The position numbers were made by a program, and so were the translations under genes. Below the pieces are notes generated by a model. The model made no database searches. It saw nothing but the letters and a program-made list of their open reading frames with translations, and was not told where the DNA came from. A stretch of DNA of 64,000 nucleotides from Trichinella spiralis (lineage: Eukaryota), in NCBI RefSeq assembly GCF_000181795.1, contig NW_003526943.1, positions 3,092,707 to 3,156,706 of the forward strand, written 5' to 3'. Of the stretch, positions 40,980 to 54,661 are shown one piece after another; position 1 is the first letter of the stretch, and every line of letters starts with the position of its first letter.

Positions 40980-41894
40980 CACAATTCAAAACAGCTCGTA
41001 AAAATCACTAGAAATAATTAATAAAATTGCTAAATGAACACAAATAAAGCTGTTTTTTAATTAAACAGTAAGTGAAAAAAGAAATCAACACTACTTAGGT
41101 GCATAACTATTTTCAGAATTTGTGGACGTGAAGAAAATTTAGCGTTAAAATGCCTGAATATAAAAAACATTAAGTAACAGATTACATAGAAATTGTTATA
41201 TGGCAAAAACTAAATATAAAATCTTAAAATATAAAGAAGATACAGATACAAACCCAGGTTAACAACTTATTTAATGCAAAAATGCTGTATTCAAAAATAA
41301 AAATAAGCATTCTCATTTCATTTTAATATACATTTATTTTGAAAGCCACATAAAAATGTAGAACTTTCGTAAACAATACGGAAAATGATGAATATCATTA
41401 AAATATAGGTGTTAAAGAATTATTGAAATTAAAAATATAATAAAGAAACATATCTGCTTTTATAATTTATTCATGCGCCAATAAGTAAAGGAAAAGAGAA
41501 AAAGGACAAATAAAAGATGAAATGCCAAGCAGAAATCACAGCAAAAAAATATTTGAAAAATTTTCTTATTAAATACAAATAAATAATTAATAAAATTAAG
41601 TTTTGAGACTATAAAAAAATCATAAATTTTCTACAGTCTTACTGTGGCAGTGCACTCGCTACACGTCTCAAATGTTCAAAATATGAAATACCGTATAATC
41701 GCGAATTACAATAATGCAAGTTAGAATGAATAATGTATTGTCAACATTGTCAGCTAAAAGATTATTTAACTCTTATTTTAAATGTTCTATTTTAGGATGA
41801 CAAATAAATTTAATTTTTTGTATTTATTTTACAATTTTATCATCCAAATTATAAATTGTTCTTTTATCTTATTTTTACTTAATCATACTGTCAC

Positions 41895-42222
41895 ATGAGT
41901 TTCAATAAAATTTTATTTTGTTGCAGTGTAAGTTTCCAATAATCTTTCTGCATTAATAATTAAATTTTAAACAATGAGTAAATTTAATAAATTGAGAAAG
42001 AATAATTTCATTTAGCATTTCCTATTTTTGTTTGGCAGTTTAGTCGCCATTGGAGGAGCGTTTAAGGTAAAATATTGTGAGCAGTATTCGTTTATAATCC
42101 TTAATCATTTATTTCATTGCTGAAAATAAAAGTCTAGTAATTTATTTATATTGCTTAGAATTTTCATATTGAAATTTTTATTTATTGATTTAAAGGCTTA
42201 TCAGAAACGAATTTATTTCTGA
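41895..42222 (+). CDS. Candidate 36-aa single-pass membrane microprotein, 3 exons (alternatively a uORF in MIC60 5' exons)
   Basis: Exons 41895-41927 |GTAAGT, 42016-42066 |GTAAAA and 42196-42222 join in phase 0 to MSFNKILFCCSHFLFLFGSLVAIGGAFKAYQKRIYF*. Confidence 0.35.
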
Positions 42223-42580
42223 TTTTTGTTTCATTCATGATGCGCAATTTTAATTCGTATTGTTTATTTTGTGATTGAGAAATGAAAATGGCAGTTTATT
42301 TTATGCTGTCGATATGTAGAAAGGTTGATTTTTCCTTTTCGTAATAAATAATAATATAGCATAACTTATGTTGCAAATAATTTTGAAATGTATGTGTATA
42401 TCGATTTTACCTGTTTTATTAAATTAGTGAAAATTGTTCAATCTATGGTTGTTTTATTTTAATAAAGTTTTTCAATTCAAATAGTTTGTATAATGATAGA
42501 ATGAAAATAATATATGCTGTAGGGACAAGTGAAATCATCTTGTAGTAATGGTTTTCCAGTTGATTAGATTTTAATCGGGT

Positions 42581-45500
42581 ATGCTTGGTTCACGTATTAT
42601 TAACTGGAACAACGTTGTAAGTTTTGTAATGAATTTGTCACGTTATCCAGTTCAGCCTTTTTTATGATTGTTTAGCTGAATGTTGGGCCGTTTGCCATCA
42701 AAAAAGTTTTCTGCCATCACTCCGCAGTTAGCAAAGGAAACAGGTATTGTTATTTTAAATTCAAAATTGAAAAATTTTATTGAAAATGTTTCATTTTATC
42801 CTTTATTAGGAAGTTATGGAAAACGTTGGTACTTATAGCTTCGGGAACAACTGTCGGATCGGCTTCTTTTATTGGCTACGCTTTGTATGATGCATCGCTA
42901 CGGGAAAAGTTGGAAAAATTGCATCCTCAAGTTTCTGGAACTTTTGCCTTCATCGAAAACATGTTACCATCTAGCATTAGAACTATGTATGTGTGAAAAA
43001 TTGTTGTGTTTTCACTTTTATTTTGTTATCAGGTTTCTAGGGATTTGAAAAGTTTAAAAAATATTTCATTGAAAGAACCATCGAAACCGAAAGATATGCC
43101 AATAGAAGAAGTAAGCGAATCATAGATGTGTTGCATTTTTTTTCATAAAACCAATGTTGTGAACTATTTAAGAAAAAAAATTTTTTTGAAGTAATTGAAA
43201 ATAACCGTGATAAACTTTACACAGTTCATTTTTGTTCTCAGTTTCACATTTTTATTTATATGTATTTGTCATTTATAATTTTAGAAAGTTGAAAGTCAAC
43301 CTTTACAAAAGAAAGTTCTTGTAAAAGCATCCAATTCGGAAAAAGATAATGTCAGCCAAAGTATTTTTTGGTGCTTTTGTATTGTTTACAGTTTTATTGA
43401 AAATTTTTATTAATATTTTGTAGCTTTGGAGAAAAAAATATTGGCAGAAGTTGAACATCTAGAAGCTGCTGTCCGCGATGCAATTCTAGCCAAAAAGGAG
43501 GTGGTAGCGGCAGCTGAGCATCGGAGTGCAGTGTTGAAAGCAACTATGGAAGATCAAAAAGTAAATAAATTTGAATCTAAAACCAAGTATTCATCTATTT
43601 TTATCGCTTTGTTTGTTCAGCTGTACGTACTAAATATTCAATAAATATTCTATCCCTTGAAGCAGATGCTTTTAATCATACTGTGATATGACATTTATCA
43701 GCTCCAGTTAGTATTGCAATTGTTATTTATTGTGCTGTTATGAATATGCAATATTTGTTATATTTATATATTACAATGTTGATTTTTTAGGAATTTTCCA
43801 ATTCTTTGTTGCCATCATTTTCAAGATTAGAAAACGCCTCACAGAAAGATCGTGATAAAGATGCTCGTGCTCGTGAAAGTATTAACAATGTCAGAAGGTT
43901 GCTCAGGGATTCCAAAGCTTCTGTCGATGATGCAGTTTTGTCGAAAAATAAGCAACGCTTGTCCGATTTAACTTCTGAATTAGATACTTTGCAAATGGAG
44001 GTAAATTTTAATGTGAAAATATTGATGAATTTATAATTCAAGAGCGTAAAAGCGTACATGTACAGGTCGACAAAGTGGTGACAGAAAGTAAAATTCTTTC
44101 TGAATATAGACGAATAGTACGTGAAGGAAGAGCTCGTTTTCAAGATAATTTAAAAATGACTTTTCCAAATATACATTTCGGTAGAGGTATAAGAAATTAG
44201 CATAATTGAATTATCAGTTTATTATTATTATTTATCTGATCAGATGGCAATTTGAATGAAAATGAACTGACTGCTCTGTTGGCATGTGCATTTGTGCGTT
44301 TGGATCACTTGGAAGCGGAATTGCACAAAGCTACTCAAATTGAAAAAGAACGCATTGAACTTGCTTTGGAAAGACAGGGTGAAGAATTATCCCAATTATT
44401 TGACGATGAACTTCAACGTATGAGGAATGATTTGAATGAATTAAAAGATGCTGAGATAAAACAGAAAGTAAGTATAATAAGAATTGTAGATGGTGAATTT
44501 TGGAAATATTTCAACTTTTTGATGTTGACGTTCAATATTTAATATTTCGATCAAGTGTTTAATGTAAAACGTGAACTTCTATTGGAAATTGGCTAGAATA
44601 AGAAGTGTTCGTGGAATATGGTTTAGGTAGCTCAACAAAAGCGGCATTATGAATCAGAGTTGAGTAAACAGTTGAAATTGCAAATGACTGTCCAAGATGA
44701 ATTGTCGACGAAAAAGTTGGACACTCTGCGGAAAACTCTACAGGAAAAGCATGAAACTGAGCTTGCACAGAAATTGGAAGAACAGAGTTTTCAATTCCAG
44801 CAACGCATTGCCGATTCCTTAGCAGAAATACAAGCAATTCAGCATGCACTGGAAGGCATTTGTTTTGTTTGTTTGTTTTAATTATTTATTTAAAATAATT
44901 ATTGATTTTCACTTCCAGAAAGAGCCGATTTAGACGCTGAAAATCGCAAAGCCAAAGCTTTGTGGGCCGCTTGTCAACAGATCAAAACTGACGTCGAGCA
45001 AGGAAAGCCTGGCTCAAGCATGGAACTCAGACGAAAACCGTTGTTGCATCAAGTGAGATAGTATTATTTTTATTGTTCTTTTTTTGTATAATCTATCCAA
45101 ATTTGCTTTATATTTCGCTTAGATTAATATTCTGAAAGAAAAATTTCATCACGATCCATTTGTGATGCTGATGTTGCAATCTCTTCCTGACGTTTCTGTA
45201 CACAGCGGTGTGTATACAGAAGGAGATTTGATACATCGTTTCAAAAAAGTAGCTGACCGAAAAAAATGCATACATTCAGCATTTATTGTTGTTAACATTT
45301 TCCAGGTAGCCAGACTTTGTCGTAGGTCGGCTCTGATGACCGATTCGGATGGAAATCTTTTTCATCGCATTATTTCTTATATTCAGTCGATTTTTATTTT
45401 TGACACCGAAGAAATAGTCAGTCCAGAGGATACAGTCGATTTGAGCAAATTGAACGTGTTCAAGGTGGTATCACAAGTGAAGTATTGCTTAAATCGACAC

Positions 45501-45819
45501 GATTTAGCAACTGCAGTAAAGTAAGCTTTCTTAATTTCAACTTGAAAACTTTTCATATTATAATGCACAACAGTATCCTGAAATGAGATGTCCATGATGA
45601 ATTATTACTTAATATGATAGAAATTTTTTATTTAATGAAAAATATACATTTTTTGATAGCATATTTATCTTTTTAAGACTGATGACATTGCTGCAAGGCG
45701 AGCCAGCGTTGATTGCTTCGAGTTGGATTGAGGATGTGGTGCGATATTTAGAAACAAAGCAAATTATCGACTTGCTCACTGCTCATGCTGCGGCGATGTC
45801 AATGAGAACAATTTATTAA
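42581..45819 (+). CDS. IMMT: MICOS complex subunit MIC60 / mitofilin
   Basis: Mitochondrial-presequence-like start, TM segment (TLVLIASGTTVGSASFIGYALYD), long coiled coils, then mitofilin domain LNENELTALLACAFVRLDHL, RKAKALWAAC, GVYTEGDLIHRFKKV, DLATAVKLMTLLQGEPALIASSWIEDV..LETKQIIDLLTAHAA. Confidence 0.88.
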
Positions 45820-46021
45820 AATTGAATTGTGTACTAAAATACAGTTAAAGAAACTGTTGATAACACACTGGAGAATATAATATGTTAAGTCAGTGTTTTT
45901 AGTGTTGGAATTTGCTTTGTGCTTTCAATTCAGTTCGATTCGGTTCAGTTCAGTTATAGCAGCATTCAGGTGTGCATAATTAGTTAACAATAAAATGGCA
46001 GGTGGATGGATGAATTTATTT

Positions 46022-46764
46022 TCATTGTATCGTACCGCGTTTTTTCCAAGGCCAGATCTGAAATTAAAAACGCATCATACCTTAACAACAGTTCTTTTTA
46101 TGTATGAATTTTTTAAAATTAAAACTTACTCTGTAAATAACTTTGCCCTTCAGCAAAGCAAAGGGTACGTCACCATAATGTCGAGAGTCTCTGGAAAAAC
46201 TCTTGTTATCCCCTTCAAGCCAAACATGGCCTGTTCTTATCTTAAAAGCAAAATTTGTCAAGTAGCAATTAGCATTATGGGATTGCAGTATTTTGTTCGC
46301 AGGCCATACCCGACGGAATTCGTGACTTGGTTGAGGCTCACCTTCAATAGCTACAACACGTTTACAAATGAATGTACTCGGCTCTTCTGGTGATATTGCA
46401 ACTACAACATCACCTCTGAAAATTGGAAAACGAAAAAGAAAATAAATTGAACACATATATCATGGCTTTTTCGGTATTACAATGTTTACCTGCTTGCAGT
46501 TTTGGTTTGTGAGACGAGGGATTTGACAATAAACATTTCACCATCACGAATTGTTGGTTCCATTGAAGAACCTTTGCACTGAAAAGAAAATTTCTCTGAA
46601 GTTCAAAATAAAATGGAAAAAAACAATATTCATAATTAAAAACTTACAATTGTAACACTGTAAAATTGTTCGTTGAAAACATAGAACACGCAACCACTGC
46701 AAACAAGTGTACCAAAGAATTTCAAACTTTGCTTCAAAATTTCCATCATTATGCACGAAAACAT
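46022..46764 (-). CDS. IMMP1L: Mitochondrial inner membrane protease subunit 1 (S26 peptidase), 4 exons
   Basis: CKGSSMEPT (catalytic Ser), RGDVVVAISPEEPSTFICKRVVAIEGE (catalytic Lys), GHVWLEGDN..SRDSRHYG.VPFALLKGKVIYRIWP. Confidence 0.92.
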
Positions 46765-47124
46765 GACCTCAAATATTTGGTTTAGCATTCAAAAGCAACA
46801 ATGGCAAAGTATCTGTATTCCATTTTGTCCATCACAAGGTTTGTTGAGCAAAAATAGCACTGCATAATTTCCATAGTTGTTACATTTATTTGGAAAAGGT
46901 AAATCAGATTCCCAAATACACAACGGTGAAACAATAAAAAAAATTATGCTTCACAAATAAGTATGAAGAAACACCGACAATTACTTGAGATAATGCAATA
47001 TACTGCGCAATGAATAAATGGGTCGATAAATATTTAAAAATAAATATTATACATATGTTTGTTTGTTTGAAAGTATGTTTTGTATATATATATTTGTATG
47101 TAAAATAAATATCTAGATAAAATT

Positions 47125-48839
47125 TTAAAATGTGGAAGAACTGGGATCACTAGTATTTTTCTTAAGTTGACAATTTTCTGAGCCATTATAAGGCACGTTG
47201 CAAACTCTGGCTATAGTTTGCACATCCGGGCTTACAGTACAACCGTTTTGACGGAATTCGTACAAACACTGACCAGCTAAAAAAATCATTTTAATTTCTT
47301 TGATAAATTAAAAGTTCCAAAAATATTCACTTTCATCAACAACAAAAACACCACCAAGTTGATACATATCTGCTTGAAAATCGCCATCTAATGTATTCAT
47401 TTCCTGAAAAACAAACAAACACATAAAACTTTTCCAACAGTTCTGTTTCTCACGCATTCACCATTGTATATGATGTTTTGCAAAACAAGCTGCTGAACCT
47501 ATTCCAGTTATTTGCACTAGAATAAAAACTGAATTAAATTTTATTATAATAAAAAAGTATTTTACCTTCGGATCCCCAAATCAGCATAAACCGATTTATC
47601 GACAGTGTAAAACAGTTCTAATAATAATTTATACTATACATTAAAACATAATGAAATAAACAATGTAATAAATAAATAATCACCTCCATTCCAGAAGTTT
47701 CGAACTTTAAAATCTTCAATTTCTTTTTTTTCCTGTCCAATTGCAACGCAACGAACATGCTGCTGCATCAAAGCAGGCAAGAGCTCATTTAATAACATAG
47801 GGCGGGAGTCGCATAGTCTGCAACCAAACCGATGCAAAAAAATAAGCAAACAAGTGCCTTTTGACCAAAATGAAGAAATCTCCAAGGTCTAAACAGGTAA
47901 AATAAAAATTTCAACATTACTTTTAAAAATGTCAAACTTGAAAATTAAGAAAGTAGTTACAGTATAAACTAAACGCCCAAAATGCATGATTCAGTATAAA
48001 CATTACCACTGCGAAATTACGAAATATTAACAACTGAATTTTCTAAGATTTATTAAATTTGATTTGTTTTTCAAAGAAAATTAAACTTTCAAATAGAACA
48101 TATGCAGATGTTAATTCGTTTACAAAAACTTGAATTTTGAAATAAAAAATTGAATATTTCAAATTTTCTATTGAAAACAAAGCTTAGTGGCTTAGATATC
48201 AGAATATAAATTATCGTTACACAATTTACATGAAATTTATCACAATAAATTTCTAGAAATACACTGTTCGAGAATTCCTTTTCAGAAAACCATCACATTC
48301 ATTATCATTAACTTTCAAAAAAAAAACATACATCGCGAGCCTGAGCAGAATAAAAGCAAATGCAAAACTGCCATAAAGAAATAAGTACAACTGTTAATTA
48401 ATTAAATTATAATTAACAGTAAACCCAGTTTCCAACTCATAAAAAACAATGATGATGAGTTATGGCACAGTTATTCAGCGTGCTATCTATGAATGTGCTT
48501 GAAATTCATTGCTTTCTCCACTACATTATGCAATAATATGCAAAACATTTATGTAGTGGCCAGATTCTTGGCCTATATGAGACAAACTTATAATATTTAG
48601 TATGCCAATAAAATAAATCAGATGAAAAACAAATAACGTATAAATCCAATAATTTACAAAATATGTTCATCAAATTAACTTTCGAAAGCCGAAAAACGAA
48701 AACTCATGCAATTTATCTTGATAAAAACAGTAAAAAAGAAATTCTAAAGAAATGCCATGTTGAAAGGCGCAAATAACTTTTGAAATCATACTTCACCGCT
48801 ATCCAATTCATTTACTTCTTTTGAAGCAATTTTATCCAT
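47125..48839 (-). CDS. Peroxiredoxin-like 2 family redoxin, most like prostamide/prostaglandin F synthase (PRXL2B/FAM213B)
   Basis: Spliced product MDKIASKEVNELDSGE-TLEISSFWSKGTCLLIFLHRFGCRLC (CxxC) ..VRCVAIG..ELFYTVDKSVYADLGIRR..DMYQLGGVFVVD..LYEFRQ matches the recalled PRXL2B pattern LRRFGCxxC, ELYLDESKQLYKELGFKR, QSGGLLVV. Confidence 0.75.
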
Positions 48840-50476
48840 GTTCCAACAACAATTTTAAAATGAATAAGTTGTCAGTTCAAAGTTGGTTATATGAAAATGC
48901 AAAAATAAACAAAATAGAAATAAAGTTTCAACATTCAACTTGACTATTTTATTGTACAGTACGAAAATTCAAATTAATGTTTAAATGCAAAACGTATACA
49001 AGAGATAACTTATAAATATTTCATTTAAACTGAAAAAATATTTTTTAAACATCAAATAAAAAAGTAATGCATAAAACGTGAAAATTTTCACAGTATACAC
49101 AGCGCGTGCGTGCTAAAGCAAACTATCGTTCGCCGATTGGTCAGAGTTGATTGGTTAGATTTGATCGGTCGATATGATGACTAATGTTAACCTATTTTCA
49201 TCATTAATCTTACCGTTATATTATTTGTCGTCTTTTCATAATCGCGCTACCAGTTCAACCACCATGATCGTTGAATATCAGTGTAGATTTTTCACTTGGA
49301 AAAATCCATATATAAGCAGATTTCTACATTTTCAAACATTCTTCAACTGTATTGTAGATCATGCCGCTCAAACAGAACTCGTTGCTCAGTTTTATTAGTG
49401 ACATGTACAACAAACTCGACGGGGAAGAACTTTACGTCTTGATCACATAAAACATACAAAAACGACAAAATACATTGGTATACTGTAAACTAAAAATCAG
49501 GCAATATTCTGCTCCTGTTTTGTACAAAATATCAGTGTTTTATTTCTTATTAAAATATTAGTTTTAATCTGTTCCATGCGTATAACATTTCTTACTTTAT
49601 GATTATTGAATCATCATTTTAATATTATAATTCAGTCAAACCTGTATGAACCATTTTATTTATTTTTAAGGTTTAATTAATACATGAAATTTTTATATCA
49701 ACGCAAAACTTCACCTCTATTATTATCAGGTAATTCTCATAAAATATCATAGAATTTGAGCTAAATGAATAGAGCATGTCGCCTTTAAGTGTTATGAGTC
49801 GTGTGTGTATGTGAGGTGTGATTTGTAATTTTATAAAAGCGTTAGTTGCTTTAAATGAAGTTCCTGTTTTTTTATTTTTTAGAGTTGTACATATTTTCAG
49901 TAAACAATTATAAAATAGTAAAATATTCATCACTAGATGACTGATCCAAAGCATAAATAAAAGATATGTGATATCACATACAATAATCAACGATGAATAT
50001 AAAATTAAACGATGCATAAAAAGTGTGCTATTTTGTGTGTACTAATACTTGTCAAAGGGACAGTAAAAACTTTGTGAAGATGAAAGTAAAATTCTTTGAT
50101 TGAAACCAAGAAAAAATTTATGAGAACAGTCATGCCAAAATCAGAAAAGTACATATGCAGAAAAGTGTATTTCGATGCTAACATTCAGTAGTCGCGACTC
50201 CTGGTTTTAGCTGAACACTGCAGCAGTGGGTAATTTATGGCTTGTCATTTCCTCTTTGTACTAAAATCGCCGTTACCAATTCATCCAATGTGGCAAGAAG
50301 CACGAACGATTTCTGACAAAGACGTATGCACAAAATGTATAAAACTCGTAAAATTGAAAGCAAGCATGCATTTGGTCTGACAAGCAGAAACAACTGTTCG
50401 TTGACATTTCTTCGAACAGTATTTAAACTCTCGAGTAGATGAAACTTTTCTTTTTCCATCCTATTTGTTACCATAG

Positions 50477-51370
50477 GCTGATGCCTTTGAGCTGCGTCTT
50501 GTACCAAATCGTTGCGGCGGTATGTCCCTTGTGTATGAAAACAGGGCGTACAAATTGAAATATGCCACCCCCAAACGGGTAAAATTCTGGGGATGTTCCA
50601 AAGTATGTACTGAATGTATTGAATGTGCTTGTTGTTATTAACAATTAGTTTGTTACAGCATGTGATAAGCAGTGGTGCAAGGGTGCAGTTTCCACCAACT
50701 TGGATGTGACAACTGTGCTAAAGCAGGCACATCACATCACATCCATCACATGCAAACCTGCCCAGTGGATCACCACTTGGCATACAAACTGAACAAAAGG
50801 CGACATTAAAAAAGCGAACTGCGGAGGTAACGAAATCCACCCCTGAGATTTATGATGAAGAAGTCGCAGCCGCGTCCGTTGAGCCATCAACAGCAGGCCA
50901 GTATCCAGTATTCAAACAGGTCAGAAATGCAATGTACAACCAACGGAAGAAACCAACAGGACCTAAAAATTCCTGATGAATTTAAGAGGATGAAGTCTGG
51001 GTAAGCGTTTTTGCTGTGAGAAAGTGCATCTAACCACATCCCAGCGTTTGCGACAGGTGGTAACATTAGACTGCTGGCAACCAACATAGCCTGGGCACAG
51101 ACGGTACATTCACGATTCTACCAGAATGGTATCAACAACTGTTCACTAGCCATGCCATTACAGTGGGTAAAGACGTTGACACTTACGGGTTACTTTTTTA
51201 AGTTTTAATAAACAAAGCGGTGGTTTTGGAGGTCAGCCTTAATCCACAAACAATTATTTGTGATTTTGGAACAGTCCTGTTACCTGCCATTCAGGGCATT
51301 TTCAGAATACGCGGGTACAGGGCTGTTATTTCCACTTCTGCCAAGCGGTACATAGGAAAGTCGGGGTTTA
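50477..51370 (+). pseudogene. Degenerate FLYWCH-MULE (Mutator) transposase, 3'-truncated
   Basis: NRCGGMSLVYENRAYKLKY..WGCSK (FLYWCH), DGTF, PQTIICDF, RVQGCYFHFCQAVHRKVG, with frameshifts and stops. Confidence 0.85.
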
Positions 51371-51384
51371 AGAAATATTTCGCT

Positions 51385-53870
51385 GGGTTTGTTCTTCATC
51401 GAGGGAATTTTTGCTTGCGTTTTCCAATTGGCTGTTAAAAAATCGCTTTCTCATTGGTTGATAATGGCATAGGGTCTCATTGCATACTTATGGCGCCATC
51501 ATGTTGGTTCTCTTATCAAACTTTTCATTGGTTCAAATTATTCTGTTTTGATTAGTTGCAATATTTTTCATTTCATTGGTACAAATGTTTTGAATACGTT
51601 ACGATTGATTACGCAACATTATTATATTTGATGTCACGTTTGTCAAATGCAGTTGTTTTTTCATTCGTATAAATATTTATATTTTAATCTGATAGTTTTT
51701 GGTAATAAGTGTTTGTAATGCAATTAAATTATATTAGTTTTTATTAAGAAATTAATAGAATTTATTTAATTAAAAAAATTATTAAATAAAAATTTTTAAA
51801 AAATTTTCCACATTTTATTATTATGGTGACTAAATGAAGTTTAATGAAATGAGATAGCAGTACAGCAAAATAATTTTTTATTTTTCAACGCCTAACAACA
51901 ACAACAATATCAACAGTAATTAACAGAGAATAACATCAATGATGAACAACAGTAACAGATGATAACAAGAATAAGTTAAATAAACAGATATAAGTGATCA
52001 ATAATAGCAAATAGAAACAATGAATAAATAAAATATAATACAAAACTACCACTTGGAAGGCGGCATTAAATCAGCTCTGTTGTTATGTACATTAAAGCTT
52101 CGAGATACTGCTCCAGCGTACAACTGCCGCTGGTGTATTCACCCGTATGTTGTGCAACCCGTTGTTGCTTTTCAGCATAAACCTTATTTACCCGTCCTAA
52201 GTCACCAACGGTAGCGTTTCTTGATATCACTTGTTGAATCAGGGTGCGCACAGCTATCAAGAGCTGGAGCAGTTCATAAAACCTGATATGACTTTTACCC
52301 GCTTTATGTTGAGCCGAGTATGCCAACCTTCCAAGTGGTTATTGGTGCTAACATTTACATTATACACATTCCAAAGCGGCAGTTTTTCATCGATTATCCA
52401 CTCCTGCCAGTAGACTGTTGGCACCAGTTTACCGGCTACAAAGACATGGATGGTGAAAAGCTGTTGATACCATTGAGGTACAACTTTGAATGTACCATCC
52501 GTGCCCCATGTTTTGGTTTGCCCCAGCAGTCTAATGTTGTTACCGGTCGCAAACACCACAATGTGCCTCGATGCACTCTGCCACAGCAGCAAGTCTTCAC
52601 CGTCCTTCGTTGTCCTGAATGCGCCAGGGATTTCCAGGTCATGACGATGATCAGGCAGTTTTTGGTAGCGCTTTGACCAGTGGCTGTACATCATGGACTT
52701 TACCCGTTTAAAAACCGGAAAATAGCCAGATATAGATGGCACGGTAGACGCGGCGGAAGCTTTTTTGTCGTATATGGCGTTTCGTTTCTTCAGCACTTCG
52801 CTTTTTCAAAACTGTCATTTTTTCCATTCTGTACGTCAAGTGCGGATCCATCAGGCATGCTTCCATGTGAGGAGTTTGCGTGTGCACAGATGTCACAACC
52901 AGGTTCGCGGATACTGTGCCTTTTTACCCCTTCTTGTCCTATGCGGAAACAAACAAATTGTTAATGACAAGGAACACATTCATTACATTAAGCACATACT
53001 TTTGAACACTCCCAACCCTTCCTCTGCTTACCGGTATATTTTAATTTGTACACTCTGCCTTCATACACCAGGGACATACTACCGCAACGTAGCTCACAGA
53101 CATCAGCCATGACGAAAAAAACCAAACACAACGAACACTTTCTTCAAGCCAAACAAGTGAACAGCGAAGGAAAGAATGATTGTGGATGTAAACAAAGAGA
53201 CAATAAATATGCATGCTTATCTGCCGTCATCAGCATTGCCCAGGCGGTCAGGAATTTTTACAATGCTACCGGTGCTTTCTCAAATCAAGTCGTAATCTGA
53301 CCCAGGCAGTGAACCACTGCTAATGTGTAATTGCAGTGCACGCAGAACAATGGCAGCGAAAGGATGGGCGGCAAACGAAAAACAAATTTATTTTTTATGC
53401 CTGCCGATGATGATAATTAGCAATGATTATATTTTGGTAGAACATATGCAGTGCTAGAGGAAGATAACGCTTACAGCCATAATAGAGTAAACTTGAGATA
53501 AAAAATAATTGTCTTTGCTTTCAGTTATGTTTGGTGAAATGATTTCGAAATGCAGCAGATCCTTTTTGATTATCATTTGGTCATCATCGTAATAGGAAAA
53601 TTGCAACTTGAATGTTTAGTCAACCCAGTAGTTGGCTTGCTTTAAATCGATTATCCACTCCTGCCTTAAATATTATTTAATACAATTTACACAAAATGTT
53701 TAATCACAGATGTTTATTTTAAATAAAATGCCATATTCTTATGAGAGAACCAATATCATGGCGCCATAAGTATGCAATGAGAACATACGCCATTATTATC
53801 CAATGAGAATACGATTTCTAACAACCAATTGAAAAATGCAAGCGAAAATTCCCCCGGTTTGAACCATCCC
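51385..53870. mobile_element. MULE element with ~125-bp TIRs
   Basis: 51385-51515 and 53740-53870 are inverted repeats sharing CTCATTGCATACTTATGGCGCCAT; they enclose a minus-strand transposase relic. No TSD recognisable. Confidence 0.85.
52066..53110 (-). pseudogene. FLYWCH-MULE transposase with internal deletion and frameshifts
   Basis: MADVCELRCGSMSLVYEGRVYKLKY..WECSK, intron, WGTDGTFKVVPQWYQQLFTIH, then a jump to LWNVY..STNNHLEGWH. The IICDFE/CxFH segment is missing. Confidence 0.85.
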
Positions 53871-54279
53871 ATTTATCCATTTTAATATATCAAATATTCA
53901 AATGTGAAGAATTAGCAACAGAATCAGTTTCAGAATTTTTAGCTTAGCGACGCTGATCTATAATTATAATTAGCTGTAATATAGCAGCTCAAGGGAAATT
54001 GTCAATTATTCATGCATTAATGTCATCAGCGTCCCCGCTGTGAAGTAAGGATTTTTCTAGAGATAAAACGCAGTCGATGAAAAAGACTGTTTATGTTTAA
54101 CTTTCTGCTAAGAAAATGGTCAAATTTTGTGCTCGGTGAACTTGCGCGCCCATTGTGGGTTTGGCAAAAAGCAGGTGGATTAATGTATTGTGGGTCGTAG
54201 ATTTTCACAAAGGCAGCCGCCACTTATCTCAATGACATTTATAGCATAATTAGTCATTTAATTGCCCATAGCTTTGAAC

Positions 54280-54661
54280 AGCAGTGTCCCAAATCTGAGG
54301 TTGTGCAGCAGAATTTATTTGCACAAAAAATTCTCAACATTCAGCTTCAACCAATAGGGGAATACTTTCCCCTTTCCTCTAGGGAGGAATTTTCAGATTT
54401 CAGAAGGGAATTAAATCTTCTGCACTGTAGATTCATAATGGAATGAATTACAATACCCTGGCATTCTACTGGACGTTTTTGTCTATTAAAATGGAAAACT
54501 CCATTATGAAAATAACTGAAATAAATGTACGTGTACTAATGTAATAATAAATATATTTTCAACGTTATATTTGCATTAATTGGAGCCAAACAGTCGGAAA
54601 AAGGGGAGTGACGTTCTCACAAACAGTGAATAAGGTATATGGGGGAAAAAGAGAACCGCTG
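54280..54661. mobile_element. Possible degenerate hAT-like remnant
   Basis: CAGTGTCCCAAA at left, GAGAACCGCTG at right, and GGGGAAT/TTCCCC subterminal motifs reminiscent of Charlie-type elements. No clean TSD. Confidence 0.25.
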
